This document shows, piece after piece, positions 18,672-29,681 of a DNA stretch of 64,000 nucleotides. How positions within the stretch are numbered: the first letter of the stretch is position 1; every line of letters starts with the position of its first letter. Source of the stretch: Salpingoeca rosetta. Lineage: Eukaryota; Protista; Choanoflagellata. Location: positions 245,510 to 309,509 of the forward strand of contig JAWQFM010000004.1 of the NCBI GenBank assembly GCA_033442325.1, written 5' to 3'. The notes under the pieces are model-generated. The model was given only the letters and a program-made list of their open reading frames with translations, searched no databases and was not told the DNA's origin. The position numbers and the translations under genes were made by a program.

Positions 18672-19806
18672 ATGCAGATTGCAACGCTCGCGCGGGTGGC
18701 CATCCTCCTGGCGGTGGCCACCGCAACGACAAGCACGTACGCCCTGCTTCCTGGCGAGTGGTACCCGGACGGGAGCACAGAAGCGCAGGTGTCTGGAACC
18801 GCTGTGGACTACATTGACCTGGGAACAGCACAGTACAACGCGCTCATCGACTTTGAGGAGTTCTACCTCAACTCCACGGTGTGGCCCCAAAAAACGCATG
18901 GCTGCCTGCGACTGCGCGTTTGCATGTGAGAGTGATTGAGAGGGTGGGTGGGAGAGTGAGTGAGTGAGTGAGTGAGGGTGTGTGTTGTGTGTGTGTGTGT
19001 GTGTTGTGTGTTGTGAGTGTGTCGTTGGACGCACGAATCATTCCACTGCTTTGAGCTTCAAAATATCACAGCAGCTATCGACACACGCACACATACACGT
19101 ACTGACGCACACTGACACACTAACACACACACACGCACACATACACGCACTGACGCACACTGACACACACTGACACACACACACGCACACCGACATCCCT
19201 CCCCCCTAAATTCCCGCTTTCACTTTGTTTTAGGGTACGTCGAGTCCAGTGACGTTTGCGAGCAGCACGTTCCGCCTCATGACGGAATACCTGGCGGAGA
19301 AGCTCACGTCGCTGGCCTTGGATACCCCCGACACCATCGTCATTGTGCAAGGCTTCGCCCCACGCCCCACAAACCCAACCCGCCCGCCGGAGCTCACCGA
19401 CATTGGCCGTGGCCTGCACATGCGGTATCTCAACAACGGTGGCCTCACCAACTTCCTCTCCGACTTGGCAAACCGCAGCATCGAGGCCGGGTTTGATTTC
19501 GTCGCCATCCCGGGCCAGGGCAGCTACGTCAACGTCAGCGTGCCAAACGTCAACTGCGGCCGAAGCGCGGTCGACCTGCTCTTCATCCTCGATGGCTCCG
19601 GGTCCATTGGCTCCTCAAACTTTGAGACCATGCGCCAGTTCACCGCCACCGTCACCTCGTTCTTCGACGTTTCGCCCGACACCACGCGTGTTGCACTCAT
19701 GGTGTACTCGTCAAGCGTGACGGAAATCTTCGACTTCAGCTATGTCCTCTCCAATACCAGGGACGAAATCATCACCACCATTCGCAACACCAACTACCCA
19801 GGCGGT

Positions 19807-19871
<65 letters not shown>

Positions 19872-20810
19872 GGCGAATCGTGTAAATGTGCGGTGTGTGC
19901 ACAATGAGGAGGGTGTGAAGATGATCTATGGCAATTATGTGGCATGTGCGCGGACGTGCGTGGGGGACGACAGCGGGGGGCTCCTGAGGTTATCTGCTGC
20001 GCGCNNNNNNNNNNNNNNNNNNNNNNNNNNNNNNNNNNNNNNNNNNNNNNNNNNNNNNNNNNNNNNNNNNNNNNNNNNNNNNNNNNNNNNNNNNNNNNNN
20101 NNNNNNNNNNNNNNNNNNNNNNNNNNNNNNNNNNNNNNNNNNNNNNNNNNNNNNNNNNNNNNNNNNNNNNNNNNNNNNNNNNNNNNNNNNNNNNNNNNNN
20201 NNNNNNNNNNNNNNNNNNNNNNNNNNNNNNNNNNNNNNNNNNNNNNNNNNNNNNNNNNNNNNNNNNNNNNNNNNNNNNNNNNNNNNNNNNNNNNNNNNNN
20301 NNNNNNNNNNNNNNNNNNNNNNNNNNNNNNNNNNNNNNNNNNNNNNNNNNNNNNNNNNNNNNNNNNNNNNNNNNNNNNNNNNNNNNNNNNNNNNNNNNNN
20401 NNNNNNNNNNNNNNNNNNNNNNNNNNNNNNNNNNNNNNNNNNNNNNNNNNNNNNNNNNNNNNNNNNNNNNNNNNNNNNNNNNNNNNNNNNNNNNNNNNNN
20501 NNNNNNNNNNNNNNNNNNNNNNNNNNNNNNNNNNNNNNNNNNNNNNNNNNNNNNNNNNNNNNNNNNNNNNNNNNNNNNNNNNNNNNNNNNNNNNNNNNNN
20601 NNNNNNNNNNNNNNNNNNNNNNNNNNNNNNNNNNNNNNNNNNNNNNNNNNNNNNNNNNNNNNNNNNNNNNNNNNNNNNNNNNNNNNNNNNNNNNNNNNNN
20701 NNNNNNNNNNNNNNNNNNNNNNNNNNNNNNNNNNNNNNNNNNNNNNNNNNNNNNNNNNNNNNNNNNNNNNNNNNNNNNNNNNNNNNNNNNNNNNNNNNNN
20801 NNNNNNNNNC

Positions 20811-20876
<66 letters not shown>

Positions 20877-21798
20877 CTACAATCACTCCCCCTTTCTCTC
20901 TATCACACACATACATACACACACACACCTCACCTCCCCACCGCCACCTACTTGGCAACTGCGACCCTTGGTTCGCTTCAACAGCGACGTGTTTGTGAGC
21001 GTGACCTCGCCCAATCCGGGACCCTTCAACTTTGACTATGTCATCATGAACGACGAGCCCCTCAAGACACTCAATGTGCGCAAGACATCCAGCCAGGTTG
21101 TCTCCATTGCCGTGCGCAGTCGCCTCACCCTCCTCGGCCGTCGCCGCGCAGAGGACACCATCAGCTATCGCCTCCGCGTCTTCAACGACCTGTTCAACGG
21201 GCCAGCCTCGCACACCATCATGGTCACGCCCGCCCGCAACCAGCGTGGTGCCCCCATCTTCGACGCGCCAGAGGCCATCAACTTTCCCGGGTACAGCTTC
21301 ACCTATACCCTGACAGGCCCAGGCAGCAGCATGTTCGACATTGACGCCAGCACGGGCCGCATCACCCTGCGCGATCCACTGCCAGATGGCACGCAGCACG
21401 TCGTCACGCTCACGGGCACATCCGGCAGCATTGTCGGCGGCCTTGCGCTCATGGTCGCCACGGGCCAGCCCACCACCCTGCCTCCTTCCAGCGGCAACGG
21501 CGGTTCGGGCGCCAGCCAGAGCACAGGCAACGCCTCCGAGACAGACACCGCCGTCATTGTTGGCGCTGTTGTGGGCGGCATCTGCGGCTTTTTGCTCATT
21601 GTCGGCATTGCCTTTATTGTCATGCGCAACCGCTCCTCCGGTGGTGCTGGCGGCAGCTCGCAGGCCCGCTCTCGCCCATCCCAGTCTGTTGCGCCAGCCA
21701 CGACAGCGTCCTCCCCACCACCGCCGTCGTCCAACTCCACGTCCATCACCACGGACGGCGACACCAAGTACAACCCGGCGTTTGGTTTCGACGCCTAA
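18672..21798 (+). CDS. Hedgling-like type I membrane protein: signal peptide - Hedge (Hedgehog N-terminal) domain - VWA - [gap] - cadherin-like - TM - short tail
   Basis: Exon 18672-18878 splices in phase 0 to 19234. Hedge motifs RLMT..LAEKL.SLA, GR and LA...EAGFDFV...VSV; VWA DLLFILDGSGSI with intact MIDAS; after the gap, FTYTLTG..SSMFDIDASTGRITLRDPL (cadherin-like); TM about 21550-21624; tail ends YNPAFGFDA*. The middle is hidden by gap 20005-20809. Confidence 0.8.
20005..20809. other. Assembly gap inside the hedgling-like gene
   Basis: Run of N; must hide at least the second half of the VWA domain. Confidence 1.
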
Positions 21799-21848
21799 AC
21801 CAACCCTATCCCTGTGCTGTGGAGCGTCGGTTGTGTTGCTTTGTATTG

Positions 21849-21942
<94 letters not shown>

Positions 21943-22265
21943 GTTGTCTCGCTTGGTGTTGGCTTTCAGTTGTACTGGTGGTGTTTTTCTGGTTCGATTG
22001 TTACTCGTTGACTTACCCCTCGTCACGCGTTTTATGTTCTGGTTACGCCCTGTTCTCTTTCGACGGCCGGCCGTTTGCTGGCGCTTGTTCGTGAAGGGGC
22101 ACATGAATGCGACAATCTCAATGTTGGCTTTGTTCCTTCTTTTCTTTTTTCAGTTCAAGTGTGTGAGGTGTGTGCTTGCAAGCAGCAATACACACACACT
22201 CCTCGCCACAAGACACTTACACTTGATGCTTGTCTGTCACCTGCCCCTACTTGCTGCCCATGACA

Positions 22266-22345
<80 letters not shown>

Positions 22346-22906
22346 ATGCTGTTTGTGCAGTGTTGTTGTTGTTGTTGCCGTTACGAAGAGCAGGGTGGCA
22401 CGGAAAAAACTCACTCACAAAGAAGAATCAACGTCAACAAAACACAAAAGGGTTTGCAGTGCTTTGGCGCGCGCAATCGAGGTCAGGTGACAAGGTGAGA
22501 GACCTTGTGGACAACAAACAAAGGGAGCAACAAAGGCGCAGCAGTGTTGCGCGTGCGACAGCCCACCCCCGTCCCCGTTGCAACGATACCCCGCAAAGCA
22601 AACGCTTTCGTACACACACCACACAGAGAGGAGAAAACAAGCCCAACAGCCACAGGCACGGAGAGGAAGGATGATGCATACAAGTCAACAGAGGGTAACC
22701 ACAACAGCAGCACGACATGGACGACACCCAAGGACACACAGGCTCACATAAAGCCACATACAGTGGTACATCATCGCACTCACTCATACACATACATGCT
22801 CAAGCACATGTACAAAAAAAAAACCCATACACACTCTCGCACACGGAGAGTCGAAACACAGGAGGACGAAAACACACAAGACAGACAAGGAAGGAGGAAG
22901 AGACAC

Positions 22907-23492
22907 TTAGCAATCAGCAAACTCGAAGCGAACGGCATCGACAGAGTAGTGGCCGTCTGTGCGCTCCGTGGTGTTGGCGCTCAGCCGCACCTCGTTCAGG
23001 AAGCCAATGCCTTCCAGTGACGATACGCGGTCAAACGGGTACTGGCCAATGCTCACAAACCCGTCCGCGGCCGGGGCCTCACGCTGGTTCACGCGCACAA
23101 CGCGCACACCAGAGAGGGAGCGCACGCGCACAAAGGCGTTGCTGGCGGACGTGGCGCCCGGGACGTAGGACACAAACACGTTGTAGTTGCCGGCCTCAGG
23201 CAGGGTGGGGATGAGCAGGATTTGCGAGTCGCTCGCATCCACAGTCATGTTCCAGTACGATGGCGCAATAAAAGGCTGGCATGGCAAGTCAAAGGGGGGG
23301 GGGGAGTGTGAGTTGATCACAAATCGTCGCAGCAGCAGTAGTCGCAGCAGCAGCAGCAACGGTGAGTCACAACAGAACCATGAAGCACAAATACGTGAGA
23401 CACGCAAGAGACATGCATAACGAGGAACAACGAATGCGCACAAGAGTGAGCACGCACACGCACACGCACAGGCACGCATACACAAGCACACG

Positions 23493-23533
<41 letters not shown>

Positions 23534-26399
23534 TGCTCACCTCTGCGGAGTCTGTCTCGCGAATGACCGAGGAGCGCTGGGAGCCAAGGAAGAACGTGGT
23601 GTTGCTCGAATCAATGTTCTCAAGGTTGAACAGCGTGTCAGGGACATCACGGCAGGTCGTGGTCGTGGTGGTGGTGGTGGTCGTCGTGGTGGTCGTGGTA
23701 GTGGTGGTAGTCGTGGTGGTAGTTGTCGTGGTTGTTCCGTTCACACTGGACGTGGGAGGCATGGTCGTCGTTGAGTTCGTGCTTTGCGTTGTTGTGGTTG
23801 TGGTGGTTGTCGATGTGGTCGTGGTCGTGGTTGTCGTGGTTGTTCCGTTCACACTGGACGTGGGAGGCATGGTCGTCGTTGAGTTCGTGCTTTGCGTTGT
23901 TGTGGTTGTGGTGGTTGTCGATGTGGTCGTGGTCGTGGTTGTCGTGGTTGTCGTGGTCGTGAACAGGAGATCGCAGCGGCGGAAGAAGTCGCCCGTGCCA
24001 CGTGGCTCGTAGTTGCCAGGGCACTGATCAACACAGTAACCATTGAGCAGGTACCGTTGGTTGCGGCAAATGGTGCAGCCCGTGCCATCGGTGGAGCACT
24101 CGTGGCAGTTGTTCTCGCGAGGCACACATGGGATTGTGGTCGTGGTGGTGGTGGTCGTGGTGGTGGTGGGCGCAGCTGTGGTGGTGGTCGTGAAAAGCAG
24201 ATCGCAGCGGCGGAAGAAGTCGCCCGTGCCACGTGGCTCGTAGTTGCCAGGGCACTGGTCAACACAGTAGCCGTTGAGAAGGTACCGCTGGTTGCGGCAA
24301 ATGGTGCAGCCCGTGCCATCGGTGGAGCACTCGTGGCAGTTGTTCTCGCGTGGCACACATGGGATCGTCGTTGTCGTCGTTGTACCCGAGGTTGAGGTGG
24401 TCGTCGTTGTCGTCGTGGAGGTCGACGTGCTGTTGCTGCCTGCACCTGTTGTGGTCGTTGTAGTCGTTGTGGTAGTGGTGGTTGTCGTGGTAGTTGTGGT
24501 CGTTGTCGTGGTTGTCGTCGTCGTGGTAGTTGTGGTCGTTGTCGTGGTTGTCGTCGTCGTGGTGCTGGTGGTAGTGGTGGTAGTGGTGGTAGTTGTCGTG
24601 GTAGTGGAAGTGGTGGTGGTTGTGGTGGTGCTGGTGATGTCTGGGAACTGCACGCTATCAATGACGTGCACGTAGCCCACATCCGTGGCAATGTCCTGCT
24701 GCACAATGGTGCCCGTGCCGTAGGCGAGGCTGCCGTTGTTGTGCACCAGCGAGACCACCTGGCCGTTCGCGGGGGTGACAGAGCGCAGGCCCTGCAGGTC
24801 GGCGAAGGAAAGCGACTGCCCACGGACGAGATGGTGGAGCAGAATCTGGCGCAGGCGGAAGTCGTCGCTGAGAAGATCAAGCACAACGGGCTCGGGGATG
24901 TCGGCAAACGCGTCGTTGGACGGCACAAACAGCGTGACGCCCTCCTCGTTCAACACATCGTCCAGGTCCGCCGAGGAGAGGAGGAGGATGAAGGTGGAGA
25001 AGTCAAAGTTGGAGGTAAGCGCGTCGCGGAGCGAGTCAATGAGCGTCGTCGTCGTGGTGGTGGTGGTCGTCGTCGTGGTCGTGGTTGTCGTTGTTGTTGT
25101 CGTGGTGGTGGACAGCGGCACGATGTACACCTCGCCCAGCTCGTGCACGAACCCGTTGTCAGCGTACTGGTTGCGGCGCACAATGGGGGCGCCGTCGACG
25201 TAAATCTCCTCATCGCTGTCACGGGTGATGGTCACGCGGAAACCACGCATGGTCTGCAGCATGCGGCCGTCGGTCAGCTCCGATGCGCGGAAGGAGCCCT
25301 CTGTTGCAATGAAGTAGGACATGAAGTTGCGCAATTCGGCGTTTGTGGCAAAGTCGAGCGAGGCGCGCTCAAACGCGGCGTTGTTGGGCACAAAGAGCGT
25401 GCGGCTGCCGGGCTCTGTGAGGACGCTGTCGAGGTTGGCGCTGGCGAGGTAGAAGTAAAACTGGGCGTAGTCCAGGTTGGTGAGGATGATGTCCGCAAGG
25501 GTGTCGGCGGTGGCAGATGTGGAGGTGGAGGTGGAAGTGGAGGTTGATGTGGACGAGGAGGTGGAGGTTGACGTGGAGGTGGAGGTGGAGGTGGACGACG
25601 TGGTGGAGGTGGAGGAAGACGTGGAGGTGGAGGTGGAAGACGAGGAGGATGTGGGCACAAAGTCATCTGGGTCAAGCACGGTGCCGAGGACGTAGATGAC
25701 GCCGTTGGTGGCGAGCGGAGCGCGACGCAGGATGGGGGCGCCAGACACGGAGAGGCCGTACGGGGCAGAGGGGTCTTCGTTGATGCGGAGGAGAGAGCCC
25801 TGGGCGGTGTCGAGGCGGTCGCCATCCTCAATGTTCTCAAAGCGGCCGGGCACGGCGTGGTAGTCGATGAGGTCGGCAAGCTCCATGGGGGAGGTGAGCA
25901 GGCGAGAGAGCTCGCCAGAGGGCAGCGCAGCAAAGGCGGCGTTGTTGGGCACAAACAGCGTGTGCTGCATGCTGCCAGAGAGGTAGAAGTTGCGGCTGGC
26001 GCGGCCGACGAGGAAGACGTACGTGGAGAACACCGACGACTGTGAGAACACCACGGCGCTCAGCGTTGGGTACGTGGCGGTGGTGGTGGTCGTCGTGGAC
26101 CGCGTGGTGGTTGTCGTGAGAGACGTGGTGGTGGTTGTCGTTGTCGTTGTCGTTGTCGTCGTGGTCGTCGTGGAGGTGGACTCGACGGTGCTGCCACGGA
26201 CCAGGTTCACGCGCACCGTGCCCGTCAGGGTCGGGCCATTGTCCACAAACACAGACACGGTCAACCTGTCATTTGGGGGAGGGGGGTTGGGGGTGGAGTT
26301 GGAGAATGGTGGGTGAGGGAGTACGAGGGACGGAGGGAGGGGGGCGTGCGTGTGGGCGTGTTCGTGACTAGCTTGGCATTTGTACTGTGTGCGTGTGCG

Positions 26400-26430
<31 letters not shown>

Positions 26431-26829
26431 CTGTCTGTGTGTGTGTGTGTGTGTGTCTGTGTGTGTGTGTGTGTGCGTGTGTTTGTGTGGAAAGCATGAC
26501 TACTCACGTGCGCACGCCTGTGGTTGGGGGCAGGGCGTCGTTGCGGTAGAGGAGGTCGGAGATGGCCTGCTCGTAGACAGCTGGCGTGGCCAGACCTTCA
26601 AGCTGCAGCGTGCCGGTGAAGTCGTTGAAGGTGACAGTCAGCGACTGCTCGGAAAGCGTGGACAACGTCTGCGCGGGGGATGTTGGGAGCGATTGCGTTC
26701 GCGTGAGGGACGAAAGGGGGAGGGCGTCAAGACAAACCATGGCTTGCAAGCGTGACCTTCGTCGTACGCCATGTCATTGGCAGAATGCATGTGTACAAGC
26801 ACACGTACGCACGCGTGTACATGCGCAAG

Positions 26830-26860
<31 letters not shown>

Positions 26861-29681
26861 ACACACACACACACATGCAACTTCACGCACCTCATCCGAG
26901 CCATCGGGGCGTGGGGAGATGACAATGTTGGCGCTGGAGATGAGGCCAGCAACGTTGTTGATCATGACATCAGACGGTGCTGCGCGGATCAGCCCATCGA
27001 CGCCAGCAATGAACAGGCTCGTGTACACTGCATAAACCAAAGGCGCACCGTGTCAAATACGGGGGTCGCGTTTTTGTTTTTGTTGGGTGATGGTCGTTGT
27101 CCAAGTGTTGTGTGAGCGGGAGATGGACAACCAACACATGGACAGAGACAAAAAAAAAAAGACAAAAAAAGTGCGACGTGAAGAAAACAGGACAGCGCCA
27201 ACAGCGCCAGCACTGCAGAGACGCGGCCATGCTGACACAGCCAGACGCAACAGATCCAAATGCACCCATGGCTCGGTCGCTGTGCTCTCGTTTGTTCGTA
27301 CCTGGGCCGTTGCCGTTGGGGGGAATGACCAGCTGCGGCGCGGCAGTGGTGGTGCTTGTCGTCGTGGTGGTGGTGGTGGTGGTTGTCGTCGTAGTCGTGG
27401 TGGTAGTCGTCGTCGTGGTTGTCGTGGTTGTCTCACCAAGAGGCTCAACGTCCACAATAAGGCGGGGCCGCACACCGAGCACGCTCGGGTTCTCGCGGGA
27501 CTCAAAGCTGCAAACGTTGCGCGCGCACACAAGTGATGAGGTGAGTGCATGTTGCAGTCGCTGAACAAAGACTTGGGCGGAAGGGTGGGGAGGCAGACAA
27601 ACCAAAGCTTGTTCACAGCAGGTAGAGGTAGGCAATCCAGCGAGCGATAAATGGCAAGTCGTGTCATCGCACGCGCTATGTGCCCGTGTACTCCGCGCGG
27701 CAACAGAAAGACGAACAACACATGCGACGTCACAGCGTCAACACGACAACAAGAGACGCCAGTTTGCACGGCTTGCACGCACGGCTTACCGCTTCATGGA
27801 GGGAACAGTCTCGTCGTTGGCTTTGAGCAGGAAGCCAAGGTTTTCACCGCGGAAGCGAAGGTTGTTGATCTCAGCGGCAAAGTCCTCACCAGAGAACACA
27901 ACAAAGCTGTCCGCGCCACCTGTTGGGACGGGCGTGTGCAGGTGGCATGCACGAGTGAGCGGGTGAGTGAGTGAGTGTGTGTGTGTGTGTTGAGTGTGAT
28001 AGAAAGAGAAAACTCATCACGAAAGGAAAGACGTGGTATGAGTTGATATTTCAGTGTTACTCGCCCAACAACAACAAACAACAACAACAACAGCAACAGT
28101 AACAACGCGCACACACACATATCATGTGTACCGGCGGTAGCGGAGGCAACAGGCGGGCTGGAGAAATCGCCACCAGCGGCTGTCCACGTGGTGGAGGGGA
28201 AGGAGCTGTCTGTCCACGTGGCATCGTTGTCCGTGGGTGTAACACCGCTCGTCTCAGGCTAAGAAAAGGGGAAAGATGATGAGGGGAAGTGGCGTACAAA
28301 TAGAAAGGACAATGTGTGGTTAGTACGTGGGGCTCGAGCAGCAGCGCGCATATGTGTGGGAGTGTGTCTGTGCCAATGCGTGCGTGCGTGCGTGTATTTC
28401 AAGTATCAGCACCCTTCACCTCGTCACCTCTCTGTTGTGACGTACATCGGTGGGGTTGGAGGGGCCCTCGGTCCAGGCAGAGGTGAGAGAGTGGAGGTCA
28501 AAGACGGTGTCGCCCACTGGGGTGTCCGCGACGTGGAAGATGAGCTGGGCCGACGTGACGCGAACGTTGTCCGGCAGGGAGTTGAGCGCCAGCATGATGA
28601 CGGCGCGACGCATGTTGCCCTCGCCGTCTGTGCCTGCAATGAGGAACGAACCAGCACCGTTGGCGCCGCCTTCCTCGTACAGGGTGGCATCGGCTGAAGC
28701 GGCGAGCGTGTACTGATCACGGAAGGTTGTCGTGACACCGTTGGTCGTGGTGGTGGTGGTAGTTGTCGTCGTCGTCGTTGTTGTTGTTGTAGTGGTTGTG
28801 GTCGTCGTCGTCGTCGTTGTAGTCGTGCTCGTTGTTGTTGTCGTGGTCGAGGCGGTTGCGCCGGCTGCACAGGCATAAGAAGAACCAGCGACACCATGCG
28901 GCAGGTGGTGCATGCATGCAAGAGACACAGCAGCACGTGTGAGCAATTGCCAGATGAATGTGGTTGGCACATTGAACAGCGCCAACCAGAGAGGGGGAAG
29001 GCGTGCATTCAAGGGGAAGTATGTGTGTGTTTGTGTACGTGCGGTTTTGTGTCAGTGCATGTAAGAAAGTGTGTGCGCGCATGTGTGTGTGTGTGTGTGC
29101 GTGTGTGTCGTGTGTCGTGTGCACGGGTTTGGACAAAACGTGGTGGGCTGCAACGATAAACTCACCGCACACGTCACAGGGCTCGAAGAGGGTAAAGGGG
29201 TCTGTGGTGAAGCAGTAAGGGGACGATTCGCCGTCAGGGTTGCGGCAGAAGTTCTCCCTCAAATCAGCATCAGGAAAGCTGGCAACGCGTGGTGGCGGGG
29301 GAGCGGGCCGCTAAGGTGAACTCATTGCGTCAACGTGTTTGAAGAAGGGGGGGGATTCATCCAAGAGAGAAGCCACACACACACACCATCCACGAAACCG
29401 CACACACACGCATGATGCATGCATGCACATGGAAGCAGCTCCACTCACTTCTCTGGGGTACGCGTGTGTCTGTGTGGTGACTGGGACGACCATGCTTGGC
29501 AGGTCTTTCCAGAGACGGTAACGGAGAGCTCGCCGCGGTAGTTTGAGCCATCACCGACAAGCTCGCCGTTCTCACACTGTGCGCCGTCGACGTTGATGAT
29601 CTGTGCGCTGACAGGGGCGACGAGGAGCTGGCTGAGCGCCAGCAGCGCGGCGGCAAGGGCCAATGATTGCCTTGCACGCAT
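22907..29681 (-). CDS. Large secreted mucin-like mosaic protein: SP - kringle - DNRLRE/CBM96-like - bacterial adhesin-like Ig domain - 3x FAS1 - 2x furin-like Cys repeat - xanthan-lyase-CBD/golvesin-like domain, with poly-Thr linkers
   Basis: [28 protein letters not shown]; kringle [18 protein letters not shown]...[17 protein letters not shown]; three FAS1 units with TLFVP[NS]N[AD]AF and NG.[IV]H/Y motifs in the long exon (about 23540-26265); [30 protein letters not shown] twice; no TM before the stop at 22907. Confidence 0.8.
23734..24366 (-). repeat. Coding tandem duplications: 108-nt Thr-rich unit x2 and ~175-nt furin-like Cys unit x2
   Basis: GTTCCGTTCACACTGGACGTGGGAGGC starts at 23734 and 23842. 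Cys units at about 23960-24135 and 24192-24366 encode identical peptides. Confidence 0.9.

Noticed and set aside
18672-21798. Calling this a true Hedgehog, an integrin alpha or a classical cadherin
   Set aside because: No Hint/Hog domain or N-terminal Cys, no FG-GAP propeller or GFFKR, and no catenin-binding tail.
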